NCBI GenBank assembly: GCA_001771535.1
Contig: MEUB01000036.1
Coordinates: 842 to 64,841, forward strand
From: a candidate division WOR-1 bacterium RIFOXYB2_FULL_37_13
GTDB taxonomy: Bacteria; Margulisbacteria; WOR-1; XYC2-FULL-46-14; XYC2-FULL-37-10
Length of the DNA stretch: 64,000 bases
Reading direction: 5' to 3'
Both the position numbers and the translations under genes were made by a program. The stretch's first letter is position 1. Every line of letters begins with the position of its first letter. Under the pieces are notes generated by a model. That model did not search any database, was not told the DNA's origin, and was given only the letters and a program-made list of their open reading frames with translations. Positions 38,716 through 47,108 of the stretch are shown here, piece after piece.

Positions 38716-39342
38716 ATGAAAAAGCTGATTTTGTTTGTATTGCTATTTTGTTTTTCTTCCGCATGTATTGCTATTACTCCTGCTGACACGCAATATGCAA
38801 ATGAATTAAAATATAAGCGAAATAAGATAGAAATTCTCGTAAAAAAGAGATTTGTTAAAGAGGACTCAGGGTATTCGTCAACTAATTATTCCGCAACAAC
38901 CTACACGCAGGAAGCATATTCGACCACCTGGGGTTATGGGGCGACAACATCAAATCAACGGTCAGAAGTAAAAGAGATAGAAGACTGGATTATAGTTAAA
39001 GGAGGTATTCGAAATCTTTCAGACGATGAATTCCTCTCTATTATAGGAAAACCACGGGAAGCCATTGAAATAAAAGAAAAAGAAGAACACAAAGGAAGAA
39101 TCAGGCTGGCAGGCAATGTTATAAGCTTATTGGGCATAGGATATATGCTGATGGCCGCCGGAACCGGAAATTCTTCGGCATCAATTTCCGCAGGAGGAGT
39201 TGTTACAGCTATTGGTTTTTTAATCAGCGCGTTTAATTCTTCCCAAAAACATTATTTAAATCCTGACTATGCTCAGGAAGAAGCAGATAATTACAATATT
39301 AACCTTAAAAAAGAGCTCAATCTGCCTATCAACTTCGAATAG
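38716..39342 (+). CDS. hypothetical secreted protein or lipoprotein
   Basis: MKKLILFVLLFCFSSAC lipobox-like signal; start trimmed to the internal Met. Confidence 0.5.
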   Translation: MKKLILFVLLFCFSSACIAITPADTQYANELKYKRNKIEILVKKRFVKEDSGYSSTNYSATTYTQEAYSTTWGYGATTSNQRSEVKEIEDWIIVKGGIRNLSDDEFLSIIGKPREAIEIKEKEEHKGRIRLAGNVISLLGIGYMLMAAGTGNSSASISAGGVVTAIGFLISAFNSSQKHYLNPDYAQEEADNYNINLKKELNLPINFE

Positions 39343-39346
39343 TTAA

Positions 39347-39742
39347 CTATTTGCAAAAGGAACACCACGGTAAAAATTTGGGTTCTTCAAAATAATCCAA
39401 TAACGGATAATTCCTGCAAATAGGCGGCCTTAAAAAATAATTCTTACACTTTCCGTCTTCCCCTCTGTGACTGCAGGAAAATGCCAAATAGTTTCTTTCA
39501 TAATCAACATACAAGAGATAAAAACCGTAGAGCCAGGAAATCCAACGGATTGCGATATTTCTAAAAAACGGATTATTTATCTGCCTGTTTGTCCCGCGAA
39601 GAAGTATTTCTTCACAGCATTTGCCGCACTGTTTGCAATTTCCCCTTATTTTATAACGAGTCGGAAATAACCGCTTGAAACCTTGGACAATAAAATTATC
39701 CAAAAGCATAAATGAAATAATAATACGTTTTAGAATAACCAC
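39347..39742 (-). CDS. YkgJ family cysteine-cluster (UPF0153) protein
   Basis: CKQCGKCC ... C..C motifs. Confidence 0.6.
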   Translation of the reverse strand: MVILKRIIISFMLLDNFIVQGFKRLFPTRYKIRGNCKQCGKCCEEILLRGTNRQINNPFFRNIAIRWISWLYGFYLLYVDYERNYLAFSCSHRGEDGKCKNYFLRPPICRNYPLLDYFEEPKFLPWCSFCK

Positions 39743-39803
39743 AATTTATATGGTAGCAGGTACAAGCAGGAAAGTGCAAGAAATTCTGATATAATTATAA
39801 ATA

Positions 39804-40346
39804 ATGATAAATTTTTTAAAATCTTTATTCAGGAAAAAGCAAACTCCCAAAAGAATAGAAATTGACGATAGCGGGTCAGGAGCCCTTTATGGAGGGGTTA
39901 TAATTCTTGTTACAGACGGAAAAAATGATTTTTATCGGGAAATTCCTTTAAAAATCTTCAATATAAAAGATAAAAAGAAAAGGTCTGCCTCTGTCCAAAA
40001 AAATATATACAAAATCATCAGAAAAGGTATTAGAAAATTAAACGCGAAAAAAGAGGCAACTGAAATCTTTATCTGTCAGGGTAATGTATTTGATTTTGCT
40101 GAAAAAGAGCTGAAAAAACAAAAATACATTATCAAAAGAGGCCAAATAAAAGGAAGAACAAATGACCTTGCGGAAGAAATTTTCCATAAACTCCTCAAAG
40201 AAAAATACAACATAAAAACTTATAACCATAAAGATTATAAAGGTGAAAATTTGCGGCAGTACGCTACCTTAAAAAACCGAAGAGATTTTAAAAACGTCAA
40301 GCAAAGCGCTAGAGGCGTAAAAGAGATTGAGACCTTCGGGGAATAA
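39804..40346 (+). CDS. hypothetical basic protein
   Basis: ORF only. Confidence 0.4.
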   Translation: MINFLKSLFRKKQTPKRIEIDDSGSGALYGGVIILVTDGKNDFYREIPLKIFNIKDKKKRSASVQKNIYKIIRKGIRKLNAKKEATEIFICQGNVFDFAEKELKKQKYIIKRGQIKGRTNDLAEEIFHKLLKEKYNIKTYNHKDYKGENLRQYATLKNRRDFKNVKQSARGVKEIETFGE

Positions 40347-40424
40347 TTTTCGAAATTTTAGGTGGCATAATAATTGTAGCTATTATATAATAGCTCAAAG
40401 TAAATTTATACTTTTTAAATTATA

Positions 40425-41642
40425 ATGAAAATTTTATTTATCTCAAATTATTTGTATTTAGACGGTCCTCCGATAGCCCTTTTCCGAATAGTGCGAGAAC
40501 TTGCTAAAATAAGCGGCCTTGAAATAGCCGTATTATCTTACCTTGATGGTTCCATAAAGAAATGGTATGAAAATATAGGGATAAGCCCAATAATTGCGAA
40601 CTGTTATGAGCCGATAATAGAGAATATAAACTCGCTTGTAAAAACAATAAAAGAAGAAAAGCCTGATCTTGTCGTTTCAAATATGCTGGACACGATTAAC
40701 GGATGCTTTGCAGCAAACATTTGCAATCTCCCTTCTGTTTTATATGTTCATGAAGATTGGCCGGCAATTAATTTTTCCACTCTGCATCTGTTTGCATATA
40801 AATTGTCAGACCTAATAGTTTTTCCGTCAAAATACCAGCTGGACGTATACAAACCACTTCTTGACGGGGTAAAAACAAAAGTAATAACAAACGGAATTCC
40901 ATTATCTGAGTTCAGTGCAGCTTCAATAAAACAATCGAAAGAAGAGATAAAAAATAAATACAAACTCCCACTTGATAAAAAAATCGTTTCAACAATAGGG
41001 CTTGTATGCAACCGCAAACGGCAGGATCTTTTTATTTTTGCCGCGCATGAAATCTTAAAATTACGGGATGACATCATCTTTCTTATTGTTGGCAGATACC
41101 ATGAAGATGATAATTATTACAAACTATTAAAAAAATACGTGCAAACAGGGGGGCTGGAAAATAAAATCATATTTGCAGGCGAAAAAGAAGCTATAGGAGA
41201 AATTTACCATATATCCGATTTAATTGCCCACCCTACAAGCAATGATGTCTCCCCTCTTGCAATATCAGAAGCACTTGCTTTCAAAAAGCCTGTCATTGCA
41301 ACTTCGATAGATGGGATTCCTGAACTCATAGAAAACGGACAAAACGGGCTTTTAATTGAACAAAACAATTCCCAACAATTAAAAGAAGGCATCATAAAAA
41401 TTATCGACAATTATCTTTTTTTTCAAAATAATCTGGAAAGAACGCATAAAGAAATACAAAACATAACAACAGCTTCTTCCGATTTTTTTGATGTGATTAA
41501 AAATCTGAAATTCAAAAAGAAAGAGTTTGATGTCAAAATGCTGAAAGATGAAATAGAATTTACAGTTAAAAAAGGCTTTTCATTAAAATTCAAAGAGATT
41601 ACCCCGCTGATAGTCAGAAAACCGGCTTCAAAATTCAAATAA
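40425..41642 (+). CDS. glycosyltransferase family 4 (GT-B, RfaG-like)
   Basis: EALAFKKPVIATSIDGIPELIENGQNGLL matches the GT4 E-x7-E region. Confidence 0.75.
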   Translation: MKILFISNYLYLDGPPIALFRIVRELAKISGLEIAVLSYLDGSIKKWYENIGISPIIANCYEPIIENINSLVKTIKEEKPDLVVSNMLDTINGCFAANICNLPSVLYVHEDWPAINFSTLHLFAYKLSDLIVFPSKYQLDVYKPLLDGVKTKVITNGIPLSEFSAASIKQSKEEIKNKYKLPLDKKIVSTIGLVCNRKRQDLFIFAAHEILKLRDDIIFLIVGRYHEDDNYYKLLKKYVQTGGLENKIIFAGEKEAIGEIYHISDLIAHPTSNDVSPLAISEALAFKKPVIATSIDGIPELIENGQNGLLIEQNNSQQLKEGIIKIIDNYLFFQNNLERTHKEIQNITTASSDFFDVIKNLKFKKKEFDVKMLKDEIEFTVKKGFSLKFKEITPLIVRKPASKFK

Positions 41643-41654
41643 GCATACCCTGCT

Positions 41655-42758
41655 TTATTTTGAAAGCGCTTCAATTATCTTATCTATGCGATGCCCGCAT
41701 GTATGGCGCGAAAGGACTTTCTTTTGAGCGGCAGATGATATAGTTTGCCTTTCTTTATCGTGTTCCATATAAAAAGCTATCTTTTCTTTTAAATCCTGAG
41801 GTCCTGAAAAAGTAACAATCTCTTTTCCAATCTCAAATAAATCACCAAGATCAGGCCTTAAGTCATCAACCAATTGAAAAGCCCCCAAGCCTCCAAGGAT
41901 AAAAGTCCTGTCATTGGGTGATTTAGCCATAATTTTGTTATTATTGCGATCCATATTGTGGCTAAAGCTGTCACGATGTATATTAAGATTTATTTTTGAT
42001 GCCAATTGATACTTTACGCTTTCTTCATAAGGAACAAACTCTTCTTTTATAAAGCTTTTCAACGTTTCATAATTGCTTAAAGCCCCCTGCCAAGAATCAG
42101 AAAGAACATGCGACCCCAGAAGCTTAACTTTATAGTTTTTTAAAAAACCAGAAAGCTCATCAATTACTTTAACCCTGTAAGAATTTTTAAACGGTGTGCC
42201 GACAAAACAAATATCGCTTTCATAGCTTTTTTCTTTTTGAAAGTTCTCAAATTTTGAAGGAAACGCCAATGGCAAAAAGAAAACATTTTTACACCCATTT
42301 TCCTGATATATAGGAACTGCAGCAGAATCAACCGTAAAAATAAACTCACAAATAGGAGCCATCTCCACGCTCAAATCAGTCCAATATGGGTCGTCAATCT
42401 GCCACATAACCATTTTTCTGCCCAAATCTTTTATTATTTTCAAAACAACCCTGTTTAAATGATGCCCATTCATAAAAAATATAAAATTAGACTTTGAAGA
42501 ATATATCTTTTGAGGGATAAGGGCAGAAGCATATTCTCTTGCAATTTTTATTAACTGATTTAAAGGAGTATCCTTAAATGAGGATTGTAAAAGCTGCCTA
42601 AAAACCAGAGTCTGTTTTGCAAAATCAAAAACTTCAACTTTAATCCCTTTCTCCAAAAAGGCAGCATAAATTACTTCATCCCAAAACTTTTCAACAGGGG
42701 TAATGCCATGCTTTATATAAAAAATTTCCATTTGTGGAGATTCTATCATAAGAATCAA
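41655..42758 (-). CDS. CgeB-family (DUF3880-like) glycosyltransferase-like protein
   Basis: architecture and C-terminal GT-B-like region resemble the spore-maturation CgeB family; convergent with the GT4 gene. Confidence 0.5.
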   Translation of the reverse strand: MILMIESPQMEIFYIKHGITPVEKFWDEVIYAAFLEKGIKVEVFDFAKQTLVFRQLLQSSFKDTPLNQLIKIAREYASALIPQKIYSSKSNFIFFMNGHHLNRVVLKIIKDLGRKMVMWQIDDPYWTDLSVEMAPICEFIFTVDSAAVPIYQENGCKNVFFLPLAFPSKFENFQKEKSYESDICFVGTPFKNSYRVKVIDELSGFLKNYKVKLLGSHVLSDSWQGALSNYETLKSFIKEEFVPYEESVKYQLASKINLNIHRDSFSHNMDRNNNKIMAKSPNDRTFILGGLGAFQLVDDLRPDLGDLFEIGKEIVTFSGPQDLKEKIAFYMEHDKERQTISSAAQKKVLSRHTCGHRIDKIIEALSK

Positions 42759-43181
42759 TTAAACAACAACACCATTTCCTGATGTATCAGGATTAATCAA
42801 TTGACTGCGCATTTGTTTTGCCTTTGATGAAATATTTTCCAACGCGATTAACATTTTATCTATTTCTTTTTTAACAGCGGGATCCGACGAATCCTGTTTT
42901 ATTGTTCGAAGGACACAAATCGCATCTTCTAAATTATTTCCATCCTTAGAACCAGTTAAAAGAGCAACAGCATTTCTTATTTTTTTAGCAATTTCCTTTA
43001 ATTTTTGCTGATTTTCCAGTTTTGCTTCCCCTGTTTCTTTTAAAATCTGAGCCAAAATTTCGTGAAGATCGCGCAATATTTTATTTACCGCCTCGTTGGG
43101 GTCGTTTTTTTCAAAGGCAACCGCAATGTTATTAAGTGACGAAGGATTTATCATTTTACTCATCTCCCTTTGTAATCTCAA
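42759..43181 (-). CDS. hypothetical helical protein (140 aa)
   Basis: ORF, butts up to the upstream gene. Confidence 0.45.
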   Translation of the reverse strand: MRLQREMSKMINPSSLNNIAVAFEKNDPNEAVNKILRDLHEILAQILKETGEAKLENQQKLKEIAKKIRNAVALLTGSKDGNNLEDAICVLRTIKQDSSDPAVKKEIDKMLIALENISSKAKQMRSQLINPDTSGNGVVV

Positions 43182-43187
43182 ACATTA

Positions 43188-44807
43188 TTAAACCGCTTCT
43201 CTTATGTCCTGTGGTCCTCCCGGAATCTGAGAATCAAGATGCGATTCGACTTTCAAGCGTTTCATTAGTTTTAAAATTAAAGACAATCTCTTTTCCAAGT
43301 TTGGATTTTGTGCCCCTTTCACCCTATATTCCAAAGACAAAAACTCATCTTTTGCCGCGTCAAATACTTTAATATTGGCAGAGTCGCGCAAACTATTGAA
43401 TTCTGTTTCATCTATTTCCCAACCCAAACGTTTAAGGTTGCTTAAAATACCTTTAATTTTCTGTTCAACCAGCTTAAATGCCGGCCCGGCCAATTCGTAA
43501 AGAGTTCCTCTTTCTTCCAGCGCGGACGAAAGCATGTCAACCAATCTGAGCCTTGCGGCGGCTATCCCCTCTTTTTCTATATCTTTAAATTCATCGCTTG
43601 AAACACCAAGCTTAATTAATCCGTTCTTTAATTTTGTAACTTTAAAATAGGTCGAAAGAACAGTTGCCATATCTCCGGAAATAGCGCGATGCATGTAAAT
43701 GGCCCGTAATCTGTTTATAAAAAGATCTTTTTCGTCTTCTTTTGAAAACTCATAGGGATTCTTTTTGTTTTTTGACTGTGATCCTAAATCCATATCCCCG
43801 GTTCCTAATGGGATATTGGGCGCAAACATACCGATATCAAATTTCTTTACCTGCCAGTCCTGAGAAAATTCGTTTAAATTAACTCCTACCTTTGTAGCAA
43901 GCTTAAGAAGTTCTTTTAATTCATTTGTAATTTTCTTGTCTGTTTCGGCATCGGCAGCCAAATGTTTGCCAATTAACTTTTCTGCCATCTTCTCTTTGGT
44001 GAAATCTTTAAGGTCAGAAAGCATCTCTTTCTTAATTTCGTCCGCGACCCCTTGCAAAGATTCATTGTCATGCAAGCCGGAAAGCAAGGCAGAATCCAAT
44101 ACAGTGTTTAAAGTTTTGTCTCTGATTATAAGGCCAACACTCTTTTCTTTTGTCAATATCTTTTTAAAAAAAGCGTCCTTTATCTGTTCTCTGACATCCT
44201 GGCGCATGGAATTTTTTACAGTTGTTCTTATGGAAATAAGGTCTTTATTGGTAAATCCTTTTTCGCTGAGCAATTTCTCCAAAGTTTCAAGCTTCTTCTT
44301 AATATCCTGTGAATCATTTACGGCGTATTGGGAATAAAGGGCGGCATATTCTTTGACTGCTTCCTGTGTCTTTGCATCAACTGTAATTTTTAATGCCTGG
44401 TCCTGTCCTTTTTGTCCCTTGCCTCCCTGCTGTTTCTTTTGCTCCCCTGCCTTGCCGACAACATTATTTAATTCTACAAAATCATCAAACTTTTCATCTC
44501 CACGGAACAACTGGCTAAGTTCGTCCTCAAGCTCTCCTTTTGTCTTATCAGATAAACGGTCAGGCTTAAGAGAAACACCGGCTGTTGCCAGTTTTGTAGC
44601 CAATCCGGCCAAGATGTCGAGTCCGGCCTTGCTTGCCGTAACCCCGCTTTGAAGGAGTTTGTCGACATCTGATTTCGCCTCAACTTTTCGAGTTGGAAAA
44701 TCAGATGCCGTTTTTTTATCTATCTGTTTAAGTTCAACAGACAAACTATTGCTCAACGCGACAGCCATTTGCTGCGAAGACGCGTTATCTACAATGTTAA
44801 CTCCCAT
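43188..44807 (-). CDS. hypothetical protein (539 aa, K/E-rich helical)
   Basis: ORF only. Confidence 0.5.
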   Translation of the reverse strand: MGVNIVDNASSQQMAVALSNSLSVELKQIDKKTASDFPTRKVEAKSDVDKLLQSGVTASKAGLDILAGLATKLATAGVSLKPDRLSDKTKGELEDELSQLFRGDEKFDDFVELNNVVGKAGEQKKQQGGKGQKGQDQALKITVDAKTQEAVKEYAALYSQYAVNDSQDIKKKLETLEKLLSEKGFTNKDLISIRTTVKNSMRQDVREQIKDAFFKKILTKEKSVGLIIRDKTLNTVLDSALLSGLHDNESLQGVADEIKKEMLSDLKDFTKEKMAEKLIGKHLAADAETDKKITNELKELLKLATKVGVNLNEFSQDWQVKKFDIGMFAPNIPLGTGDMDLGSQSKNKKNPYEFSKEDEKDLFINRLRAIYMHRAISGDMATVLSTYFKVTKLKNGLIKLGVSSDEFKDIEKEGIAAARLRLVDMLSSALEERGTLYELAGPAFKLVEQKIKGILSNLKRLGWEIDETEFNSLRDSANIKVFDAAKDEFLSLEYRVKGAQNPNLEKRLSLILKLMKRLKVESHLDSQIPGGPQDIREAV

Positions 44808-44819
44808 CTTATTTTCACC

Positions 44820-44996
44820 CTATCCTTTTTTCTTGCCTTCCTCTCCCCAAATGATTTTATTGACCGAGTTTGATTTTAGTTTTTCTGTAAGCCTTGCCAT
44901 CACCACGTTTGACCACTGATTCTGCTGGGCTTTGGAAAGTTTTTCATCAGTAGGTTTCACAGAATCCGAAAGTTTAGGATTATAAGTGCTCGCCAT
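44820..44996 (-). CDS. small hypothetical protein (58 aa from MASTYNP...)
   Basis: AAGGAGG RBS 9 nt upstream of the ATG at 44994-44996; fills an otherwise empty gap. Confidence 0.4.
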   Translation of the reverse strand: MASTYNPKLSDSVKPTDEKLSKAQQNQWSNVVMARLTEKLKSNSVNKIIWGEEGKKKG

Positions 44997-46086
44997 TTGA
45001 ATCAACCTCCTTTTTTAATTGTTCAATCCTAGCCTTTAATTTTGGATCAGGATAAAAATCGTAAGCAATTGTAAATTCCCTCAATGCGTCTTGTTTTTTT
45101 TGACCCATTAAATATGCGCTACCAAGATAAAAATGCGGAAAATAAGTATAATCTTTGATATTAAAACCGTTTAAAGCATTTTTGGGCGGGGATAATTTAC
45201 TTGCGTGCTCAAAAACATGGATAGCATCTTTGGTCTGTTTTGTGAACAGGTAAATAACACCCATCATGTTATAAGCCTCGGCATTAAACGGCTCCAACGC
45301 GATAACTTCTTTTAAGGTTTCAAAAGCTTGCGCGTATTTGCTCTGTTCCATAAGCATCTTTGACATCCTCATCCTTGAGACAACCGAGATAGGATCTTTG
45401 GGCGCAATTGAGACAACCGTAGAATATTCAGAAAACGCGGTTGTCTTGTCTCCAACGTCAAAATAGTTATTTGCCAAAAGGAAGTGGCAATGAAAATCAT
45501 TTTGGTCTTTTTGCAAAGCCTCTTTTAGTATCCGGAAATTTCTCTCCTTCTTTTCCTTTGCCTTCTCCTCACCCAAATCCTTCCCCCAATGAAAAACTTT
45601 AATATCTTGCAAAAATTCCCCTTTGAGCAATTCTCCCGAGGCAGCATAAACCTGCTCATTAAAAGAACGCCCAAAATGAATTCCTTTATTATTTTTAAAA
45701 ACTTTCAGCCTTGAATAAAATCTGGAGCCTTCCTCTGTTCCGAATTGAGCCTGATATATAGGCAAATAATATGCCTCTTTGTCACTCTTCTCTAAAATCT
45801 GGCGAAGCGTATCAAGCGTTTTCTCATTTATAAACTCATCAGCGTCTACCCATATAATCCAATCACCCAAAGCGTGTTTGAGCGATTCATTTCTAGCCGC
45901 CGAAAAATCATCGATCCAAGAAAAAGTATGAATTTTCGCCCCCAGTTTTTTGGCGATTTCAATTGTATTGTCCGTTGATCCGGTATCAACCAAAACAATT
46001 TCATCAACTTTTTTTGCAAGAAGAGGCAAAGTTTTTTCAAGAACTTTTTCTTCGTTTTTTACTATCATACAAACTGAGAGTTTCAT
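44980..46086 (-). CDS. glycosyltransferase family 2 with C-terminal TPR repeats
   Basis: CMIVKNEE..DEIVLVDTGSTDNT..VDADE (GT2 DxD) then TPR-like helices. Confidence 0.7.
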   Translation of the reverse strand: MKLSVCMIVKNEEKVLEKTLPLLAKKVDEIVLVDTGSTDNTIEIAKKLGAKIHTFSWIDDFSAARNESLKHALGDWIIWVDADEFINEKTLDTLRQILEKSDKEAYYLPIYQAQFGTEEGSRFYSRLKVFKNNKGIHFGRSFNEQVYAASGELLKGEFLQDIKVFHWGKDLGEEKAKEKKERNFRILKEALQKDQNDFHCHFLLANNYFDVGDKTTAFSEYSTVVSIAPKDPISVVSRMRMSKMLMEQSKYAQAFETLKEVIALEPFNAEAYNMMGVIYLFTKQTKDAIHVFEHASKLSPPKNALNGFNIKDYTYFPHFYLGSAYLMGQKKQDALREFTIAYDFYPDPKLKARIEQLKKEVDSNGEHL

Positions 46087-46476
46087 TTAATTTTCTCCTA
46101 CAGAAACCGATATTCTACTCTTAGTCAAAAATTTTTCTATTTTCTCCTTTTCTTCATTCTGAGTCTTAAAAACTTTCCCAAAATATTTCTTGTACATATC
46201 AAGCAGCCTTTCAGCCCGCTTTATATATATTTCAAGTTTTTCAAGTTTTATCAAAACTTCTTTTTTATCTGTCCCCAATACTTGCATCTCATATTCAATA
46301 TTTGACCTTTCAGAATAAAAAGATAAAAGATGATTCTTTAACGCGTCATATTCCATCTCTTTTATTTTTATCGGATTATAATCATCTTTCACTCCCAGCT
46401 TGTCGGCTTGGATCAAAAGCTGATTTTCAAGCTCTTGAAAAACTCTCATTTGAGCTTTTATTTTTTTACTGCTCAT
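46087..46476 (-). CDS. hypothetical helical protein (129 aa), chaperone-like size
   Basis: ORF butts up to the downstream GT2 gene; 4-bp overlap with the upstream ORF. Confidence 0.45.
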   Translation of the reverse strand: MSSKKIKAQMRVFQELENQLLIQADKLGVKDDYNPIKIKEMEYDALKNHLLSFYSERSNIEYEMQVLGTDKKEVLIKLEKLEIYIKRAERLLDMYKKYFGKVFKTQNEEKEKIEKFLTKSRISVSVGEN

Positions 46477-47024
46477 ACAATTTTTGCCCCCGTAACAATC
46501 CCAAACAATGCCTTTTCACTTGCGACCTGTGCCAGGCCATTTTTAACAGCAATATTTTTTTCTTCTCTTGCTTTTGACATTAATTTTTCTATTTCAGCAG
46601 GGCTTATGCCAAGCAATCCCATTTGAAAAGTAATTACCCCAACCCCCATTTTAGAAAGTTCGGCCACAAAAAAATTATGGCTGAAAGTATCCATTGCAAG
46701 CTTAACCATCTTATTTTTAAGAACCTGCAAAGTTTTATCCCTGAATCTCAAATTATTATTTTTTGATAACGATTCAACTTCATCTTCTGCCAAAGCCGAA
46801 GATGCGGCGGCAAGATAGACGGTATCCTGCATTCCGACTTTATAAGTTTTGCTTCCATCTTTTCCCTCAACTGTTTCCCACACTAAAGAGGACATTTGTT
46901 GTGTCCCTTCGTTCTGTTTTTCTTTGGGAACTTCTTCTTTTAATTTTTGGTATGCGGCTTTTTGCGCCGAGAACATTTTGTCCTGGCTTAAATTAGCCGC
47001 AATTGTTGGCGCTTCATATGCCAT
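46473..47024 (-). CDS. hypothetical protein (183 aa)
   Basis: ORF only. Confidence 0.45.
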   Translation of the reverse strand: MAYEAPTIAANLSQDKMFSAQKAAYQKLKEEVPKEKQNEGTQQMSSLVWETVEGKDGSKTYKVGMQDTVYLAAASSALAEDEVESLSKNNNLRFRDKTLQVLKNKMVKLAMDTFSHNFFVAELSKMGVGVITFQMGLLGISPAEIEKLMSKAREEKNIAVKNGLAQVASEKALFGIVTGAKIV

Positions 47025-47108
47025 AAATTATACCTTCCCCTATGTATAAATCGTATTAAATAGGGAAAAACTTGCATTTAAACTAAGAAATAAAAAGAGG
47101 ATTAACCT

